Notes: generated from the letters alone by a model not told the origin. A stretch of 64,000 nucleotides of DNA from Paraspadella gotoi (GCA_051294375.1 CM119268.1:8427008-8491007); one strand, 5' to 3'. Shown: positions 39,941 through 53,678, counted from the first letter of the stretch. Translations and numbers: made by a program.

Positions 39941-42900
39941 NNNNNNNNNNNNNNNNNNNNNNNNNNNNNNNNNNNNNNNNNNNNNNNNNNNNNNNNNNNN
40001 NNNNNNNNNNNNNNNNNNNNNNNNNNNNNNNNNNNNNNNNNNNNNNNNNNNNNNNNNNNNNNNNNNNNNNNNNNNNNNNNNNNNNNNNNNNNNNNNNNNN
40101 NNNNNNNNNNNNNNNNNNNNNNNNNNNNNNNNNNNNNNNNNNNNNNNNNNNNNNNNNNNNNNNNNNNNNNNNNNNNNNNNNNNNNNNNNNNNNNNNNNNN
40201 NNNNNNNNNNNNNNNNNNNNNNNNNNNNNNCCAGAAAAAAATTATTAAGCTTTATGTCGTTTCCAGCCTCTCGTTTGAAAACCACTTCACAACCAAAAAC
40301 AAAAATGGTATTTGCCAAAAATTCGCGTTTTTTTCGTCTCATTTTCCACCGTAAATTCCCCAACTTTTTCTCTTAGTTTTATCTGTGCCTCCGATCTTTG
40401 GGCCTTTGCCACAGTTGATTGCCAGTAAAGTGCACAATTCTTCATTCGCTCTTTGTGACTTGCCATTTGGCATTTTCTCTTCCACCTTCCATCCGCCATT
40501 CGCCGTTCTCCTTTTCTTGTTACTTATTATTTCCCCCCCACCCAGAAAAAAAAACATTTGTTAAAAAATCGTTTCACGACGAAAACGTAAACAACAAAAA
40601 AAAAAACAGAAAAAAGTAAAAAAAAAAAAGCGAAGCCAATAGGAAGTTGTTTTGGGAAGATGGATTCTGACTTCGGAGTTTGGTAGAAGAAAAATGAAAC
40701 CGGCGGGAGTCACGAAGAGAGTGAATGAATGAATGAGTGAATGAATGAGTGACTGAATGAGTAAATAGTGAAGTCGGTAAGACCAAACGAAAAAGCCGTT
40801 GGATTTGAGTCAGACTCCTAAACTAACAATGACCTAAACTACACAGTCTGGTTTATAAATTTATCTTTGAATACTTCCCGTTGATTCCTTCTCTTTAATT
40901 CTCGTCATGAAAAAAAAAAATNNNNNNNNNNNNNNNNNNNNNNNNNNNNNNNNNNNNNNNNNNNNNNNNNNNNNNNNNNNNNNNNNNNNNNNNNNNNNNN
41001 NNNNNNNNNNNNNNNNNNNNNNNNNNNNNNNNNNNNNNNNNNNNNNNNNNNNNNNNNNNNNNNNNNNNNNNNNNNNNNNNNNNNNNNNNNNNNNNNNNNN
41101 NNNNNNNNNNNNNNNNNNNNNNNNNNNNNNNNNNNNNNNNNNNNNNNNNNNNNNNNNNNNNNNNNNNNNNNNNNNNNNNNNNNNNNNNNNNNNNNNNNNN
41201 NNNNNNNNNNNNNNNNNNNNNNNNNNNNNNNNNNNNNNNNNNNNNNNNNNNNNNNNNNNNNNNNNNNNNNNNNNNNNNNNNNNNNNNNNNNNNNNNNNNN
41301 NNNNNNNNNNNNNNNNNNNNNNNNNNNNNNNNNNNNNNNNNNNNNNNNNNNNNNNNNNNNNNNNNNNNNNNNNNNNNNNNNNNNNNNNNNNNNNNNNNNN
41401 NNNNNNNNNNNNNNNNNNNNNNNNNNNNNNNNNNNNNNNNNNNNNNNNNNNNNNNNNNNNNNNNNNNNNNNNNNNNNNNNNNNNNNNNNNNNNNNNNNNN
41501 NNNNNNNNNNNNNNNNNNNNNNNNNNNNNNNNNNNNNNNNNNNNNNNNNNNNNNNNNNNNNNNNNNNNNNNNNNNNNNNNNNNNNNNNNNNNNNNNNNNN
41601 NNNNNNNNNNNNNNNNNNNNNNNNNNNNNNNNNNNNNNNNNNNNNNNNNNNNNNNNNNNNNNNNNNNNNNNNNNNNTATTCATTGGTCGAATATTTCGAA
41701 CTGTGTTTCACTGACGGTCAACTCAATGTATAATAAATGTTAACGTACATGATATTAAAAAAATAAAAATAATTCTGAAATCACTTTTCTACTTCCAACG
41801 AAGATGGAGTTTTCCGACGCATCGAACACAAAATATTCGTTGCTCTTTTTTTTTTCTCTCTCTCTTTATCTCTCTCGCCTAATTATGCCTTTCGCACTTT
41901 CTCGCGTTTCGGCCCTGAGGCGCCACCAAGTCAGTCGGGGATTCCAAGTCCATCAGTCTTTCGGGCGAAATTCGATCCGCGGGTTCGACGACCGAATGGG
42001 TCATTCCTTTTCGTCGTCATGGTCGTCGTCGTCGCCGTCGTCAATGACAACGGCCGGAGAGATGGCCAGTGGATGACCAGTGGATGGCCACTGGACCGGG
42101 CATTTGTTGAGCGACTTACTCGACTTACCAACTCCTGCAGGAAAAGCGGCAGCGTTTCATGGTTTATCCCTCACCCTCGCTGACCCAATCTTACCCAAAT
42201 CGGAGGCCGCGCCGCGAACGTGGGACCTCTTGGCCCACGTTTTCGTTTCTTAACACATCTCGCCGCCAAAGATTTCCACGCCAGGGGCGGAGCGAATAAA
42301 AAACCGATGTTCCGCCTCCGACGTCCGTCATCGGTCCCTCGAGGGATTAGATCGGGCGACCTTCCGATAAAACCGGCCTCATGCTCATGGGTTTTTTTGG
42401 TTTTTTTTTTCGATAGGCTTTTTTCGCCGATGGAAATTGAATAGAGATTTATTTACGTCGCAGGCGCCAAAGTTAAAAATGACTGAAAACCTGAAAAAAA
42501 AATTAGTTAAAAAATTAAATCCCTCTCCTAAAAGTTAACATTTAACATTAAATATACATGAAATTTAATAATAATTGTTAAATTTATTTTAATATAGAAA
42601 TAAGTGATTTTTTTTCATTTTCATGTTTTAAAAACACTAACTGATTTGGAAATTAATAATTTAAAAATAAAACTTTTTACGCTTGGATCTCTTTGCAAAG
42701 GACGACCTTGAGTTTAAAAAAATAGAAATTTAATTTAATTTCATCACAAAATTCAAGGTGTTTGCACTAAAAAGGATATACGAACGTATTAAACTAGAGT
42801 TCCAATTCAAAGGGAAGCAATAATACGAAGCCATATCCCACACCGTCACACCGGGCCTTAGCAACCGACGGTTTGTTTATTTCCAAGATAAAAACGGGGA

Positions 42901-42957
42901 AATTCCTCTGGGGGAGAGTAAAGGGCTGGTATTTGTTGATTTGTTTATTTCGCCGAA

Positions 42958-42998
<41 letters not shown>

Positions 42999-44640
42999 TT
43001 TGTTCATTTCCCGAAAGGGGGCGACGGTAGAAAAAGAATTGGTCACAATACGGCTTTTTTTCTCTGTCTATACGAAGACGAGCGCCATCTTGTTTTGTCG
43101 AGAAAAAAAAAAGAGCATCGTGCAATAGAGAGAGAGAGAGGATTTGTTTGTTGCGAAGATGGAAAATATGAGAAGGAAAAAGTGACAAGTAAGCAATGGC
43201 GAACTCGCTGAAAATGTCACCACCGAAAAAGTCAAGTGTTTACCGAGTTTCTTTGAGAAAGAGACGAAACATCGGTTGTGGAAAAAGAGTTTCTATCTAT
43301 TTTCGGTGATGAATAGAATTTGAGAGAGATAGGGTTACGAATAGAAACGAGGTTGAAGCGGTGAGTTGAACAGTAGAAAAGTGAAGTAAGAACTAGCATA
43401 GCGAGGAAGTAAAGTAAGGTAATTACGGTGAAAAATAGTAGGGTGAGAACAGAGAAGGCAGTTGTAATATATTTAGTGACAAACAGAGGTGAATTATGGT
43501 GAAGAAAAAAGATGATGATAACATTCTCCAGGTTTCATCTCAAATTGTGTGTAATCTTAGTGTTGGAAAAAATGGTTTCGTCGACACGTAGGGGGCGTTG
43601 GTTCGACGTTGTTCCCCAGAGGGCGGTTAATGAGAAATCTCCCCACGGGGTTTTTCATTTTATCGTCTCAAACGAGAGAGAGTCTGGTTCCGTCACTTCA
43701 TCAATCATTTTTTTCGCCCAATGACGAGAGTTTTTTTTTTTCTAGTCTGGACGAGAACCTTTTTTTCCATTTATTTATTTATTTATTTATTTATTCTTTT
43801 TTGTTCTAGTATTTATCATTTTCCATATTCGCCAATTTGCTCTTTTTTTTGGATGGCCGTGAGAGGAGCGACTGGTTCGTTTAGGCGTTATCTCTCTCTC
43901 GCTCTCTCTCTCTCTGTCTATCTGTCTATCCGTCTATCTATCCATCTCTCACCCTCTCATTTATTTGGAATTAATTATCCATCCTTTGAAACGTGGACAG
44001 AAAAACTAAACGTTTCATCCAAATGTTGAAACTTAATTTTCTTATGTCTCTGTTTTGCTCTGAGGTTAAAATCTACGAGGAAAAACGCGTGTAAACTGAA
44101 TACGGTGAAATTTACTGACTTCAACAAATTGTGGGTCAGGACACGAGGCGGGTTTATACACTCTCACGTATCTAAAGGACGCATCTCTCTCCTCTCTCTT
44201 CTCTCTCTCTCTCTCTCTTCGTCGTGCTCTCTCTCTCATACTCTCTCTCTCTCGTCTCTCTCCTCTCTCCGTCTTCCTCTCTCGTCTTCCTCTCTATTCG
44301 CTGCTAAAAGGGAACCACTGCTTCAGTGTTCAGGGTCGTATCTTGTAAATTTACAACTCGCTAAGACGAGGAAGACGGAGTAAGTACATCGTTGTGACTT
44401 GGAAGGTTCGGTGTGTCGCTGCTTTAGTTTTCTTTGTCTTTGTTTATTTTATCTTTAATATATTCTGTTGGTAAGTGAATCGAAAGATTCTCTCAGTCTA
44501 TTTAAACAATAGGAAAGAATTTCAATTTCTGCCGTCTAAAAGATCGAGTTGAAGAAAAACAATCCCGTCTCCGGAATCACTTTCTGTTTACGCTGAGCTG
44601 ACTGAGTTGTTTTTGCAAAGCCAATAGTCCGGCAGCCGGC

Positions 44641-44750
44641 TGTAGCCATAAGAGAGCCTCAGAGTCCCTGTAGCCATAAGAGAGCCTCAGAGTCCCTGTA
44701 GCCATAAGAGAGCCTCAGAGTCCCTGTAGCCATAAGAGAGCCTCAGAGTC
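44641..44750. repeat. Perfect 28-bp tandem repeat, ~4 copies (TGTAGCCATAAGAGAGCCTCAGAGTCCC)
   Basis: Directly visible; no spacers. Confidence 0.97.
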
Positions 44751-46997
44751 GCCGCGGTCGTTAATCATCGTAAAAGTCAGTGTTCTTAAAAGTTAGACGA
44801 ATATCAGTCCGCTCTCTGGACTGACGGGAGCGAAACTTACTTTTTTGATAAATAGATGCGAGCGGAGAGTTTGTGTAGGATAACAAATTGTTGTCGTTAT
44901 CTTCCTTATTTTAGATGCCATTGTCTTTTATTCTATTGTAAGACTTGATAATGTCAAAATCTCTTCTCGACATTTTGAATATATCAAGTTTAACACGACC
45001 CGTAAGCGATATCACTTCACCATCGCCCGTTTCTTTTTTCTCTGATAAATTTTAACGGATTCACCGCATCTTTATTTAATCACTGCATTCGGCGTCTTTC
45101 TTTGCCGGATCCTCTCGGCATCGCCGGGATTCGCGCCCGACGCCGCGTAGAACGTCTTCTTTTCACCTTTCACCGTCCCGCAGATCCGCCGCTGCCGCCG
45201 CCCGCCGCCCGCTGCGAGCTGGGGGTTGATATATTTTCACTCAGATATTGCGTTCCTTCCCGACCTATATAATTTGTTTTCATTATTTACATTTTTTTTC
45301 AAATCTCTTGTGATTTTATCGTCTCATTTGTAATCAAGAATTTGATTTTATTCTATTTTATTTTATTATTTTAATAAAACTTCTTTTCTTTATTCTCTTT
45401 TATTTCCGTTAACTCATCATCATCATCATCTTCTCCATCAATCGCCGACATAAATCCCCCGCCCTGAATCCCCAGTTCAGCGTACGTGCCTCCGAGATCC
45501 TCTCGTTGGGGGGAAAAACAGATTTGCATCAAAATATCGTTTTCTTTGATGCCCCGTTTCCGCGTACGGCTCCGTCGAGCGTCGTGGGGTGATTTATCGA
45601 GGGAGAGAGGGGTGAGAGGGTGAAGAGACGTGAGTTCTCACCGAGGAACGGGAAATGAGTCTCACACGGACGTGACGTTCCGTTTGAGTTCGACTCGACC
45701 CCATGTATTTCGTGAAGATGGCCTTTTTACTTCAAATATCACTTGGGCTTTTGATATTAAAAGGTAAATGTTTCTTTTAAAAATCAGGCGGAAAAAATAA
45801 TTAATTAATTAAATAAATAAATAATTAAATAATTAAATAATTAAATAAATATCGTTTTTTTCTCTCTCCAAGGTAATTGGCGCAGAAACAAAAAAAAAAT
45901 CATACATCATACATATAATTTTACGACAAAATAAATTAAATATTAAAACAATGTATAACCGCACTCGACCTTGAATAAACAAACAAACAGGTAAACAACA
46001 AGATAATTTTTTAGGTTTTTCCAAGCATCATATTTTCTATGGGTTTTTTAAACGACTTTCGTCCACTTCCCATATCTTCTCCCTCCCCCCGCCCCCATCG
46101 CCCCCTTCCTTCACCTCGAAGTCGAGGCTAAAAAGTTTTCGAGAAAAAAAAACAAAAACTTAAACTTTTTTTTTTGTCAGTTTTCGCACAAAAATATTTC
46201 CGTCGAAACTGATAAACCAAAGAAATAAAAGAAAAGCTAAGAAAATAAAGCCGCTTCTTTGGTTCCTTATTTACTTGTCCATCGACCTTTGGGTTGACCA
46301 CCCAATGACCTCCGACTGACCGAGACTGACCTCGAATGATCTTAGACTGACCGGCGAAAGGACCCAGGTTCGACCCCAGATCGAGGCAGCGTCGACCCGG
46401 AAAAAAAAAAGGCAAAAGTGGCGAATGCTGGTTCGCTCTTGACCCTGGAGGCGCTTTTCGCGAGGGTCACCCTCTCTGTTTTGCAACTTGTTTTCCCCCC
46501 GCGGCCGACTCTGCCGCTGCTCCTGTCGAAGGCGCCGCCGTTCTCACCGCAGCGGCGCAGCAGCCCGTCCCAAGGCCGACGAAAATCGACTTTTCGCGCT
46601 GATGCCTTGTTCCCCCTAATATTTGGGTGTTTATTTATGGTTTTCTTTATTCTTTTTTTTGGTTCGCCTTTTTTCTTTTTTTTTCGGGGGGTTGATTGGC
46701 TTCTTGTTGTTCTTGTTGTTCTTTTTGACTTTTGTTGTCGTTGTTGTTGTAATATATGATCGGCCTGTTTGGTTTTCTTGTTTCCCAGAACTATTTTTTT
46801 CGACCTTTAGGAAGTGTTTTCTTAAAAAATCGGAAAGATGGCGACCCAATTAACAACAATAACGAGGACGACGACGACGACGACGACGACGATGCCGTCT
46901 CGAATGGCGAGGTCGAAAAATTCCGAAAAAGTTCGATAAATTTAATCAATCATCGAATCTCGATTCACGACGAAGGAATTCATGACAACCCATTAAT

Positions 46998-47091
<94 letters not shown>

Positions 47092-47674
47092 TCCTCGCTC
47101 TTGTTCCTTTCTCTCTCCTTTCTATGGTGCGATTTCCATCAAATCAATTGCCGCACATTATCGGATGATGACGACGATGAAGAACCTTTCTCGCCTCGAA
47201 TGATAATAACGTCGATTCAAAGTCATCGGCACTTTGAAGAATTCATTCTCATCATTTATTATTTACCATTTATCTATTTTTTCTTCCTCCCCCTGAAGCC
47301 AGCATAAATCTATGTAACAAAGGAACGAACGAACGAACGAACGACTAAAAGATAAAAAAAATCGCTTGACCTCCTTGACGGTTTAAAAGCTTTCGCGGTC
47401 TCCTACCGACCGATGTCCGTGAATTAATGACGACGCGAGACAAAAGAACATCGACAATCGTCCTTTTGTTTTATTGTTTTGTTATTTCGTTTCCTTTGTT
47501 TTTTTTTTTTTTNNNNNNNNNNNNNNNNNNNNNNNNNNNNNNNNNNNNNNNNNNNNNNNNNNNNNNNNNNNNNNNNNNNNNNNNNNNNNNNNNNNNNNNN
47601 NNNNNNNNNNNNNNNNNNNNNTTTTTTTTGGAATTATGATTGGAATTGGTCAAACTGCGAGAGACAGGAGAAAA

Positions 47675-47990
47675 AAAGACAAACCGATGGAAAGGCAAAT
47701 ATGTAGAAGGACAGGCAGACCGATGGAAAGGATGATATGTTGTAAGACAGATAGAAAGACAGACACACCCATGGAAAGGCAGATAGAAAGACTGACAGAC
47801 CCATGGAAAGGATGATAGAAAGACAGACAGATCGATAGAAAGGATGATATGTAGAAAGACAGACAGATCCATGGAAAATCAGATAGAAAGACAGACAGAC
47901 CCACGGAAAGGGGAATAGAAAGACAGACAGACCCTTGAAAAGGATGATAGAAAGACAGACAGACACATGGAAATGCAGATAGAAATGACA
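47675..47990. repeat. Degenerate minisatellite, ~28-33-bp unit (GACAGACCCATGGAAAGGATGATAGAAA)
   Basis: Directly visible; produces several spurious ORFs. Confidence 0.9.
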
Positions 47991-49496
47991 ACATACAAAA
48001 ACAGCCAAACAAACAGACAAGAAAAAAAAATACAGAAAATTACATCCGAAGCATATGCTCGACCCGGTCGCACTTTTTTGAGAGACTCGGGGAAAAAATA
48101 AGTAAATCTTTTTGCATGTGACGTCATTCGACGCCGACGATGACGTCAACGCGAATTGGTGGACGTCAGAGAAAACGGAAGGATATGATTATTAACGTAA
48201 TTGAGGCGATTACTGCTCTTGCGATCGAAGAGAATGAAGAATGACTCTCTCTCTCTATCTACTACTATTTATATGCTCTTTCTTAAATAATTTTATAAGA
48301 CCTCGGCGGTTTTCGAAAAACCAATGTTATGTTTACTCCTGAGGGGATAACAGTCTTTCAACCGGAGGATGCCCCTTGGAGGAAGAGAAAGCGATAAGAC
48401 AATCCGGAAAAAGAAACGGAAGAAAATAAAGGCAAAGAGGAACGACCTCATGAAAAAAAATCTTTGTGAAAAAAAGAAAAAAGAAAATGAAAAAAATAAA
48501 GATAGCGTGAAACCGCTTCCGACCACTTGACATCTATGGTGTGGACTGTTGAAAGAATGGGATTTTATGAGATGAGTGTTGAGAGGCAAAAGCATGAGAA
48601 TTGTATAAAGTATATTTTGTGTCTACTCGCTGCGTTCTCCCATGCAATATGTCTTTAGAGACATTACAAATTTCCAGTTTAACGGTAAAAATAGTTTTAA
48701 TAATAAGTAAACAATATCAGACTGGACAAGCGAAATTCGCTCACAAAGGTTTGAGGAAACTCGTTCACAGAGGAATTTCTAGAGAATTATTTGAGAGTCA
48801 TCGCATGTACTGAGATTAAGAATGAGATCATACATGAGAGTACAGGAACAATACCTGTACTCCCAAGTGTTATCTTTAACTAAATATTCCTTAAGAGTTT
48901 TTACAATTTTACAAACCTTAAACTCTCTCCATTCTCCAACCAACGACCAATTCTTACTTCACGTAAAACTCTCATCGGTGTCCTCGGCTTCTCGTAACGT
49001 GAATCGTCGAATCACCGCCTTTCATCGTCTCTCATTCTTTATTCACGTGATTCGGTTTTTGCTTTCTTCTTTTTCCTCTCATCCTCCTACGTGCCTGCTT
49101 TTGATAACCTCGTCTAACACGACCGGTTTTTAAATTGAGCTCGGTCGAAAAAATTACATATATAAACTCTGTATATTTCGAAATATATATAATATAATAT
49201 ATATAATATATATATTTCAATCACAACAATAGAATTCTAGAATTTCATCGCAACCTTTTCCTTCCCTACGCTTTCCAGTGCAGTTGAGTTTTATAAAAAC
49301 GGTTAAAAAAAAAGAACTATTTTATCTCGAAACAAAAATTACTTAACATTACCAGACATGAAAGCAAAAGGAAAACCGAAAAATTATTCGCTCTTTCTTG
49401 TTTTGGCTTTCACAAGGTTTCTCGTTTCCTTCCTCCCACGCAGAAAACCTTTCTCGATCTCTCTTCTAAAGTTTCCTGTTAGGAAAACTCAAAGAC

Positions 49497-49580
<84 letters not shown>

Positions 49581-49857
49581 AAGATGAAGAACAAGAGGAA
49601 GAAAAATTAGCTACGGCCCTTGTACGACCGTAACTCGCGAAGGAGTGACAAATTACCATTCCACCACCATTTACTCTCTCTGTCTCTGTCTCTATCTCTG
49701 TCTTTCTCTCTCTCTCCCTCTCTATCTCTCTCTCTTTCTCTATCTCTCTCTCTTTCTCTATCTTTTGTTTCATCAACTCAACTAGACTTCACCTTCTTCT
49801 TTAACTATTTCGCCAGCTCAATTTTCATAAATCTCGTCTTTATTGTCTGTTTCTACC

Positions 49858-50120
49858 TTTCAATCATCTACATCACCGTCTCAATCATCTACATCACTGT
49901 CTCAATCATTTACATCACCGTCTCAATCATTTACATCATCATCTCAATCTTCTACATAATCATCTCAATCATCTACATAACCGTCTCAATCATCTACATC
50001 ATCATCTCAATCATCCACATCACCGTCTCAATCATCCACATCACCGTCTCAATCATCTACGTCACCATCTCAATCATCCACATCACCATCTCAATCATCT
50101 ACATCACCGTCTCCATCATC
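49858..50120. repeat. 21-bp tandem repeat (TCAATCATCTACATCACCGTC), ~12 copies
   Basis: Directly visible. Confidence 0.95.
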
Positions 50121-50745
50121 AGCATCCTCATCTTCGTCGTAATCATAACTGTCTCCATCTCTACGTCATCGATTTCCGTCGCGAAGAAAAAATTCTTTTT
50201 TTTATTCTTTTTTTTTCATTCATTTTTTTTCTTGATTATCTTGTCATCTACTATTTCCTCCCCTTTTTTTTCTTCTCTATTTTTTCCCATTTCATTTTCT
50301 TTGATGACCTGTCACTTATTAATCTCCTAATCTTCTCCACTAGATACACATTCATGCTCGCCCTGGATTCACGTATTAAGAATGATCTCTCCCTGTTTCA
50401 TGTATTTCATTGTGATGCCCCTATTTAGTATTTACTCTCACATGAACGGCATATGTCACCAATCGGTTACAACGCGATTTCAACAATTTCCGAAGAACAA
50501 ACCTAGAAAAAGACAATGTCCACATCAAGTTTGGCATAGTAAAACGAATTAGAATGTAGCATCATAATATAATATAATAAAAAATATAAAATATAATACT
50601 TAAGGGAGTGGTCTTTTTATACAATTTAAACATTCTTTGAAACATTATACCGCTTCATTGATAGGGAAACCTGGTACTCTGGGAGTGAATAAATGAGACT
50701 GATATAGAGTCTTGATTGAAAGCTTGCAGGGACCTGATCGGTAAT

Positions 50746-50807
50746 TATCTTGTAAGAGTGATGGAGGCCTTAAACCCACAAGCCTGTCCAAAGTCATGGG
50801 CAAGATA
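50746..50807 (+). ncRNA. Twister ribozyme, type P5, family B copy 2
   Basis: P5 UAUCUUG/CAAGAUA; UAA; P2 GAGU/ACCC (one A.C); G-A-UGG; AGGCCU; U|AA (predicted cut 50771/50772); T2 AC:GU; P4 CCUG/CA(U)GG; L4 U-CCA-AA-GU; T1 CCA:UGG. Confidence 0.72.
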
Positions 50808-51053
50808 GCTTATTTATTAAATGAATGAATAATTTTTATATTGGTCGTGCCAATTTCATTTCATAGGTTACTCTTTTAGACTGACTATTTCAATCTTGAC
50901 TTTAAATTTCCCATCATTTTTTCCTTCAACTTATTTCCTCACTTTTTCTCACACAGAATGATCTTACTGAATATTATTCTTTCTATCCATTTCCTCGTTT
51001 TATCTTCGTTTCATCGTCTCACTTTCAATCATAACTTTCTCATTTAGATTGAC

Positions 51054-51088
<35 letters not shown>

Positions 51089-53643
51089 CTGTCTGACTGT
51101 CCCTCATCACCTCTCTCTCTCTCTCTCTTCTCTCTACCTCGTCTCTCTCTCTCTCTCCCCACTCAAAACTTAGTTTTCCGGGAATTTTCCTTCGATCGAC
51201 AGCGACGATGGGTTCTGCAACACCTGCCTATTGATGGTCGCATCTCGCTCTTTCCTGTCGCAATAAAAATTTCATGATGGCGCAAACAATTTCCGAAGGT
51301 CTCCTTTCAATCGCAAGGATAAAAGATGTGGCTCATTTCGAGGTCCTACGTTTCAAATAGAGACAAACATTCTCTCTATTTCTCTCTCTCTCTATCTTTC
51401 ACGATCCTCTTTTTTCATTCCATCCCTCCCCCCGTCTCGTTTCTATTTATTTTCTTTCTTTCTTTTTCTCGCTCACTCTTTCTTTGTCTCCTTCCTTTCC
51501 TCCTTTCTACACTCCCTCTTTCACTGCCTTTCATTATTTTCTCTCTTCCTCGCTCCTTTACCACTCTCTCCCTCTCCCTCTACATGCTTTCTCCTTTCCC
51601 TTACTTTCGCCCCACCGCTCTCTCCCCTTCCCTCTCTCCCTCCCTCCCCTCCTTCTTATTGGGTTGATAAAGATTGATGCTCCTTTGGAGAGAAGAGAAG
51701 GAAAAGGACTTTTATTACTTTCCTTTCTTTCGGGATTCTTTCTTATACCAGGTCCCGGTGTTTGAGCTTCCGGCCCTTCCCGTCTTTCGAAGTCTCCGGC
51801 GGTTTTGCTTTCGTCTCCGCTTTATCGTTTATCATTTAACGCGAAAATATTCAGAGGCGAATTACGAAACGCCTTTAGAGAACGGAATAACGGAAGCAGA
51901 GCGGAAATTTTCCTACCCGGTGATTATTGAGCAATGAGCAGTGATACAAAAGGAAAGTATCTTTCCTTATCAGCTGAATAAAAAATTTAAATCATAAAAC
52001 TTGGAAATACTTCGTATGAAACCGTAGTAATTAATCTTTTTCGATTACGAGTTTCATTAAAAATTCTCCTTTTTTATTAGTTCGAACTTAATATTCATTT
52101 CTCTTTTGACAACCTAGAAAATTGACTTCAAATTACTTTAAGCGTTTCCTCTCCTTTTCACTTTCTTTTCCTTCACCTGAAAATCGTTTGAAATCAACTT
52201 AGATCGAAAAACCGCCCCTTGGAGAAGATTATCCTCCTTAGGTCGTTGATAAGGTTAGACATTGCGATCTCATCGAATACTACTTTCTTCTCTCCCTTCT
52301 CTCTCCTCCCATCTCTCTCTCTCCTCTCTTCTCTGCTCTTTATTCATTTCATAAGTAAGGCTTCCTTGACCCGAAACTTTATTCTTTTTTGCAGACGAAA
52401 CAATGTTAGCAGTTATCTTCTTTGTCGACGTCGTCGTCGTCGTCGTCGTTTTCATCACTGCCGTCGTCGCTGTCTCTATTGCAGAACTTCCTGTTCATTT
52501 TCGATTTCAGCCTCGTTTTCACCTTTGTTGTCGTCGCCATTTTCTTTCTCATGTTTTGTCCTCTGGCAAAAGTCGCACACACTTCTAAACAATTTAATCT
52601 AGATATAATGACTTTGACGAAAATAAATACTCGAATAAAATGACAGTGTATAAATTATTTTTTATTAAAGGGAAATTCAAAAAGGGAAACAAAGCAAGCA
52701 AGAAATTTTTCAGCATGACAAATGTAAATAATTGGTAGACGTTTCAATTCAATTCTAAATGAAATGCAAAAGTTTTGAGGACACTGAAACATTATTTCAT
52801 ATATGTGTGGAAAACAGATTTGATTAACGAAAGAAAAGCTAAAAACATGATATCAAGAGAAAAAAAATCTAAATACAAAATATAACAAAAAAGTAGGGAA
52901 AAAAATTGCCTTCCCCTCCAAAGGGGATGATCTTGATAGGATCATGACCCCTTTTTCAGCGGGGTCAAAGGGTCAACGGGTCAATGTCTTCTCTTCTGGT
53001 TCTTTATCGAATTAATCGGGAAAACACTCCTCCCCTTCTTTGGTTTTCGAAATTTTCCACTAGGGGCGCTTGAGATACATTATTAATCCCTTAAATTAGG
53101 ATATGTGAATATTAAGTTATAAACAAGCTTCGTTTCTAATCATTAATGTATTCAGATAATAAACAATCGTTTTANNNNNNNNNNAAACTTATTTTCACTT
53201 AAATTAGAGTTAAAGAATACTGAGAATTTCCACATCATTTTATTTCAATTTCTCCATTTTATGGAGTAGCACGCAACATACGTATTAAATCTGAAAACTA
53301 ATTTACCAATTCAATATGACAATCGGATTATTCCTCTTTTTTTAGGAATGCCAACATTTGAGTTGGTCATTGTATTTGTATTGGTATTGGACTGGTAGGA
53401 GAGGAATCAGTGGTGCTCGATCGAACTGGNNNNNNNNNNNNNNNNNNNNNNNNNNNNNNNNNNNNNNNNNNNNNNNNNNNNNNNNNNNNNNNNNNNNNNN
53501 NNNNNNNNNNNNNNNNNNNNNNNNNNNNNNNNNNNNNNNNNNNNNNNNNNNNNNNNNNNNNNNNNNNNNNNNNNNNNNNNNNNNNNNNNNNNNNNNNNNN
53601 NNNNNNNNNNNNNNNNNNNNNNNNNNNNNNNNNNNNNNNNNNN

Positions 53644-53678
<35 letters not shown>

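Noticed and set aside
44641-44750. 28-bp repeats as a CRISPR array
   Set aside because: Head-to-tail with no spacers, no cas genes, and eukaryotic context.
45088-45150. HDV-like ribozyme
   Set aside because: It has a hairpin with a UCCUC loop, but P1 gives only 4 bp and no P2 or catalytic J4/2 strand is found.
46296-46304. Perfect GLI site GACCACCCA
   Set aside because: A single 9-mer is plausible by chance in 64 kb, and it overlaps a candidate exon.
49620-50330. 236-aa hydrophobic ORF with SIIYITV repeats
   Set aside because: Fully explained by (CT)n and a 21-bp minisatellite that lacks stops in one frame.
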